From contig NC_069007.1 in the NCBI RefSeq assembly GCF_001194135.2, positions 21,038,741 through 21,076,947 on the forward strand: DNA of 38,207 bases, read 5' to 3'. Made by a program: the position numbers and the translations under genes. Positions 34,324 to 38,207 of the stretch are shown piece by piece. Below the pieces are notes generated by a model that was given only the letters and a program-made list of their open reading frames with translations, made no database searches and was not told the DNA's origin. This DNA comes from Octopus bimaculoides (lineage: Eukaryota). Positions within the stretch are counted from its first letter, which is position 1, and every line of letters begins with the position of its first letter.

Positions 34324-35346
34324 TTATCTATGAATACGTTTGTGTTTAGTTAAATGAGGATTCTGAGAGAATGCTTTACCACAGATATCACAGTGATATG
34401 GTTTCTCTCCTGTATGAACACGTTTATGTCTTGTTAAAGTACATCCATGAGAGAATGATTCTCCACAGATATCACACTGGTATGGTTTCTCTCCTGTATG
34501 TATTCGTTTATGAGTAGTTAATGTGTTACCAGCAGAGAATGATTTACCACAGATATCACACTGATATGGTTTCTCTCCAGTATGAACACGCTTGTGAGAA
34601 GTTAATTCATCATTTCGAGAGAATGATTTACCACAGATATCGCAGTGATGTGGCTTCTCTCCTGTATGAATACGCTTGTGTCCATTCAATTGATCGTTTC
34701 GAGAGAATGATTTACTACAAATATCACAGTGGTATGGTTTCTCTCCTGTATGAATACGTTTGTGCTTTGTTAATTCGCCACCCTGAGTGAATGATTTGCC
34801 ACAGATATCACATCGATATGGTTTCTCTCCAGTATGAGTACGTTTGTGTTTGGTTAACTGATCATTTTGAGAGAATGATCTTCCACATATATCGCAGTGA
34901 TATGGCCTTTCTCCAGTATGGATACGTTTGTGAGTAATTAAGGTACCTTTTTGAGAAAACGATTTACCACACACATCACAATTAAACGGTTTCTCTCCTG
35001 TATGAATACGTTTGTGTTTAATTAAATGATGTTTTTGAGAGAATGATTTACCGCAGATATCACAGTGGTATGGCTTTTCTCCTGTATGTGTGCGTTTGTG
35101 AGTAGTTAACTCATCATTTCGCACGAATGATTTACCACAGATGTCACAGTGATGAGGTTTCTCTCCTGTATGAACACATTTGTGCTTAGTTAAGGGACCA
35201 TTTTCAGAGAATGATTTATTGCAGATAACACAGTGATACGGTTTCTCCCTTGTATGAATGTGTTTGTGAATATTTAAGCTGCCCCTTTGAGAAAATGACT
35301 TTTTACACAGGTTACAGTAGTTTGATTTCCCTAACAACTTTGGCAT
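34324..35346 (-). CDS. ZNF D: C2H2 zinc-finger protein, 12 fingers, 340 aa
   Basis: ATG at 35346; 12 x C2H2 with TGEKP linkers; candidate acceptor TTTCAG ending at 35615. Confidence 0.93.
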   Translation of the reverse strand: MPKLLGKSNYCNLCKKSFSQRGSLNIHKHIHTREKPYHCVICNKSFSENGPLTKHKCVHTGEKPHHCDICGKSFVRNDELTTHKRTHTGEKPYHCDICGKSFSQKHHLIKHKRIHTGEKPFNCDVCGKSFSQKGTLITHKRIHTGERPYHCDICGRSFSQNDQLTKHKRTHTGEKPYRCDICGKSFTQGGELTKHKRIHTGEKPYHCDICSKSFSRNDQLNGHKRIHTGEKPHHCDICGKSFSRNDELTSHKRVHTGEKPYQCDICGKSFSAGNTLTTHKRIHTGEKPYQCDICGESFSHGCTLTRHKRVHTGEKPYHCDICGKAFSQNPHLTKHKRIHR

Positions 35347-35834
35347 CTCTTCAGTAAAATATATGGATACTTTTCTTCTCTTCTGTTTTATAAATTATTC
35401 CTAACAAATATTCCATCCACTGTGATCAATACTGATATTTGAAGATGTTGTAAAGTCCTTTGTAAATGCATCCAAATTTCCTTAGAATGCAAAATCATCT
35501 TGAACACATTCTGCAATGAAGTAAGGAAATGTTGCTAAATGATATTTCAATGTAATTCACTGTAGCTTTATATATAGTTATATCAGTTCAGTTATTCCAA
35601 TGTGATGTGAAATCCTGAAACAATAAAAGAACGGTATCAAATACGGAAGATAATTCATATATAACACATGAGCATACATATGGCGGTGGGGACGCAATGT
35701 TAGTAACCGGAGTAAAATGAGTAATCTCTTGATTTCTTGCTATTTTCTCCCAACCTGTGTAATATTGTCATCTAAAAGTCTATCGTGTGTGTATCTATCC
35801 TATATAGGTCTTTAGTTTTGTGTTGAAAAGAGAT

Positions 35835-36030
35835 CTTATGGCATCTTAGCTTGGTAATAATGCCCAGTAGGTCCGCTTCGAGGTCTTTGATTCTGGATGG
35901 GAACCTCCTGGATTTGATCCCGTACGTATTGGCTTCTGAAGATGGCGTGGCTTAAAGTCATAGAAATATGTCTTCCATCTCATCCGCCTTATGAAGGGTG
36001 TTGGTATATTTTTGTCGAATAACCGAGGTT
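35835..36030 (-). mobile_element. Penelope-like retroelement ORF relic
   Basis: Across frameshifts: NLGYS-KNIPTP, FIRRMRWKTYFY, NTYGIKSRRFPSRIKDLEADLLGII. These resemble the GYSxKNIP / RMRWK / YGFKS...FExDL motifs upstream of PLE RT domains. Confidence 0.65.
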
Positions 36031-36499
36031 GTATTCGTGATTGTGCAAATGCGCGCAGCCGACGGTACAGCCATCTAACACAGACCATGTAGTGGTCTTT
36101 TGCAAAACATTATGTCCCGGGGAAGTAAAGGATCGTCAACAGATCATATTAGAGCAGTAATATATTTATAGGAAGTTAATTACATGTTCGATCACAGAGT
36201 GACCAATTATTTCGGATCTATAAAGCGCTTAGCCTTATAGACGGGTCGCCGGACTCTGATCGCGGGCATATAACCTCTTTCCAAATTGGATATAGAAAAA
36301 CCTTACACAAACACACACACACATATGCTTATATACATCTATACACTCCCATTTGTTGCCGATTGTTGATTTGGTTTCCATGTGATCAAGAGATGAATTA
36401 ATACCGATACTACTTAGTAGCAATATCAAAAGTTTCCACTTTCAATTACGAATGTGCAATTACATAGATGTTAAGAAATATTAACTTTCTCTTTCTGTT

Positions 36500-36905
36500 G
36501 ATGTTAAGATGTAGGGAATATCGAAAATTAAGAGTGGAGTTTCAAAGGGGAACGAAACGTTGAAAGTAATTAGACAACTTCCATACCTTCAGTAACGTTT
36601 ATCATCAAAATAAGCTTCAAAATAAACATACGTACTATGACATGTATACAATGTAAATGTTTTACGTGCATATAATACTTATATATTAATATACAGAGAG
36701 TGTCAACGAGAAAGATGTTACGGAACTAAAGTCAGAGCAGACAATAACAGCTTTAAAAGAATTTCTAGATTTTTACAACAAACGTTGGTTTATATTTTTC
36801 AAATCAACATAATAAAAGAATGCTGTTTGTATACCTTTGCACAGTTAATTATCAGTGATATAAGTTCAATTCTATCTGTTAAAAGGATGGGTGTGAAACG
36901 AACAC
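36500..36905 (-). promoter_or_regulatory. Conserved ZNF upstream module of ZNF D (donor position reads ATAAGT)
   Basis: Reverse complement matches the A/B modules, e.g. AAACGTTTGTTGTAAAAATCTAGAAATTC. Confidence 0.55.
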
Positions 36906-37130
36906 TAAACGATCGATTTTACAAGTCTGAAACAATAAATTGTCAGGGGAAGTAACTCTATCTTTTGAAGACAAGTCTGTCACTCTCTTTGGAGTCAGAA
37001 GTAAGGCTGTTGCGAAAGAACCAGCATCTTTAAGTCATTTTAAACCTCTCCGAGTCGAAAGCATCATGTAAGCTCTCAAGTCATACTCGCTTGTGAATGT
37101 CCGTTAAGCTTACATACATACACACACAGT

Positions 37131-37418
37131 GGAGGCGCAATGGCCCAGTGGTTAGGGCAGCGGACTCGCGGTTTCGATTCCCAGACCGGGCGGTGTGTGT
37201 GTTTATTGAGCGAAAACACCTAAAGCTCCACGAGGCTCCGGCAGAGGGTGGTGGCGACCCCTGTTGTACTCTTTCGCCTCAACTTTCTCTCACTCTTTCT
37301 TCCTGTTTCTTGTATAACACTGCGATGAACTGGCGTCCCGTCCAGCTGGGGGGAACGCATACGCCATAGAATCCGGGAAACGGGGCCCATGAGCCTGGCT
37401 AGGCTTAAAAAAAAAAAA
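37131..37418 (+). mobile_element. tRNA-derived SINE family 3, near full length with poly(A) tail
   Basis: A-box TGGCCCAGTGG at 37141; B-box GTTTCGATTCC at 37171; A12 tail. Confidence 0.8.
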
Positions 37419-38124
37419 CATACACACGACTCTATTTTCCATCAGCCTTTATTTAAATAAGTCCTGGGGTACTTTATATAGTTTATTTGATAATTCTTCT
37501 TCATTATTATTATCATGTTGAGAAGACTCGTCAAGCAAAGTGAAATCGTGGTCGATGCTGGTGAAACTATAGCACTATTATACATTTTGGAATGTATAAT
37601 AGAGTCCAGAGATGTGTAGCCAAACAAGTAACCATCTGTCCATCACTTATTATATCTCTCTCAGCATTGATACACTAGTTTTGATGTCAAATGTCTGATT
37701 TGATTGAACTCTGCTAGATTATCTGCCATCTTTCCAGCAACTTTGGTCACTTTTTTGAAGTCCATACCTCAACTAGCCATGGACATGCTTATAAAATAAT
37801 AATTAAAAAAAAACAGTGCAGCACCCATGGCTTTCAGAAATATTTGTTCATGTGCTCAATTAGTGAAGCGGGGAATGAACAAAGTGTTGACTGCAACCTT
37901 CAAAATTTTCAGGTTTCCCCAAATACACCATCACTATTCCTGATGTTCCTATTCCTCTATTTCCTCTTTGTCCCTCTATTCCTGCATGCATTTCTGGGGA
38001 CATTTTGTGTTTTTTTGTGTACAGTGCATGGACTTTTAGCTTTCATTGCTGTCTTTACTGCACTTATATGTCTGCTTTCTATTTCCTCTTTTAACTTTTT
38101 CCAATGAGCACATTATACAATAAA

Positions 38125-38207
38125 CTTATAAGACAGTTGATGATTTGGGAGAATGATTTACTACAGATAATGTAGTGATGTAGTTTCTATGCTGAATGGA
38201 TGCATTT
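38125..38207 (-). pseudogene. Degenerate C2H2 finger sequence (tail of a fifth ZNF gene or a pseudogene) entering from the right edge
   Basis: [20 protein letters not shown]: TAG at 38189-38187 in the linker and the first Cys lost. Confidence 0.7.

Noticed and set aside
28521-34790. Opposite-strand or alternate-frame ORFs over ZNF genes (28521, 28857, 31218, 31287, 31794, 34521)
   Set aside because: Shadow frames caused by the repetitive finger codon pattern.
37131-37190. tRNA-like A and B boxes
   Set aside because: No complete cloverleaf; it is the head of a SINE continuing into a body and poly(A) tail.
37440-38100. Short protein-like readings on the minus strand (MDFKKVTKVAGKMADNLAEF...; SIDHDFTLLDESSQ...)
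   Set aside because: Fragmented by stops, with no recognisable motif or splice support.

Overview
AT-rich eukaryotic genomic scaffold with 7 N-gaps, dense in microsatellites, tRNA-derived SINEs, RTE-LINE 3' fragments and decayed DNA transposons. The repeat types and clustered C2H2 genes point to a coleoid cephalopod, probably Octopus (inference). The left half (3.2-16.7 kb) holds two tandem paralogous spliced genes that the ORF track misses. They encode secreted proteins built from 6-Cys pacifastin-like domains with a VWC-like N-terminus, one domain per phase-1 exon. Gene 1 has a signal peptide plus 5 domains (242 aa). Gene 2 has a signal peptide, a 4-Cys variant and 2 domains (145 aa). Their non-coding last exon is more conserved (81%) than their last coding exon (64%), and their predicted reactive loops differ, a pattern seen in toxin/defence gene families. 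The right half (18-38 kb) is a cluster of single-coding-exon C2H2 zinc-finger genes with no recognisable effector domain: A, B and C on +, D on -, plus a degenerate fifth at the edge. A, B and D share upstream modules; A and B differ at DNA-contact residues; all have eroding terminal fingers. Also present are two long hairpins, a Tigger-like MITE, a Penelope-like ORF relic and a decayed ~71-aa protein repeat. All gene models and identities were derived by hand, without database searches.
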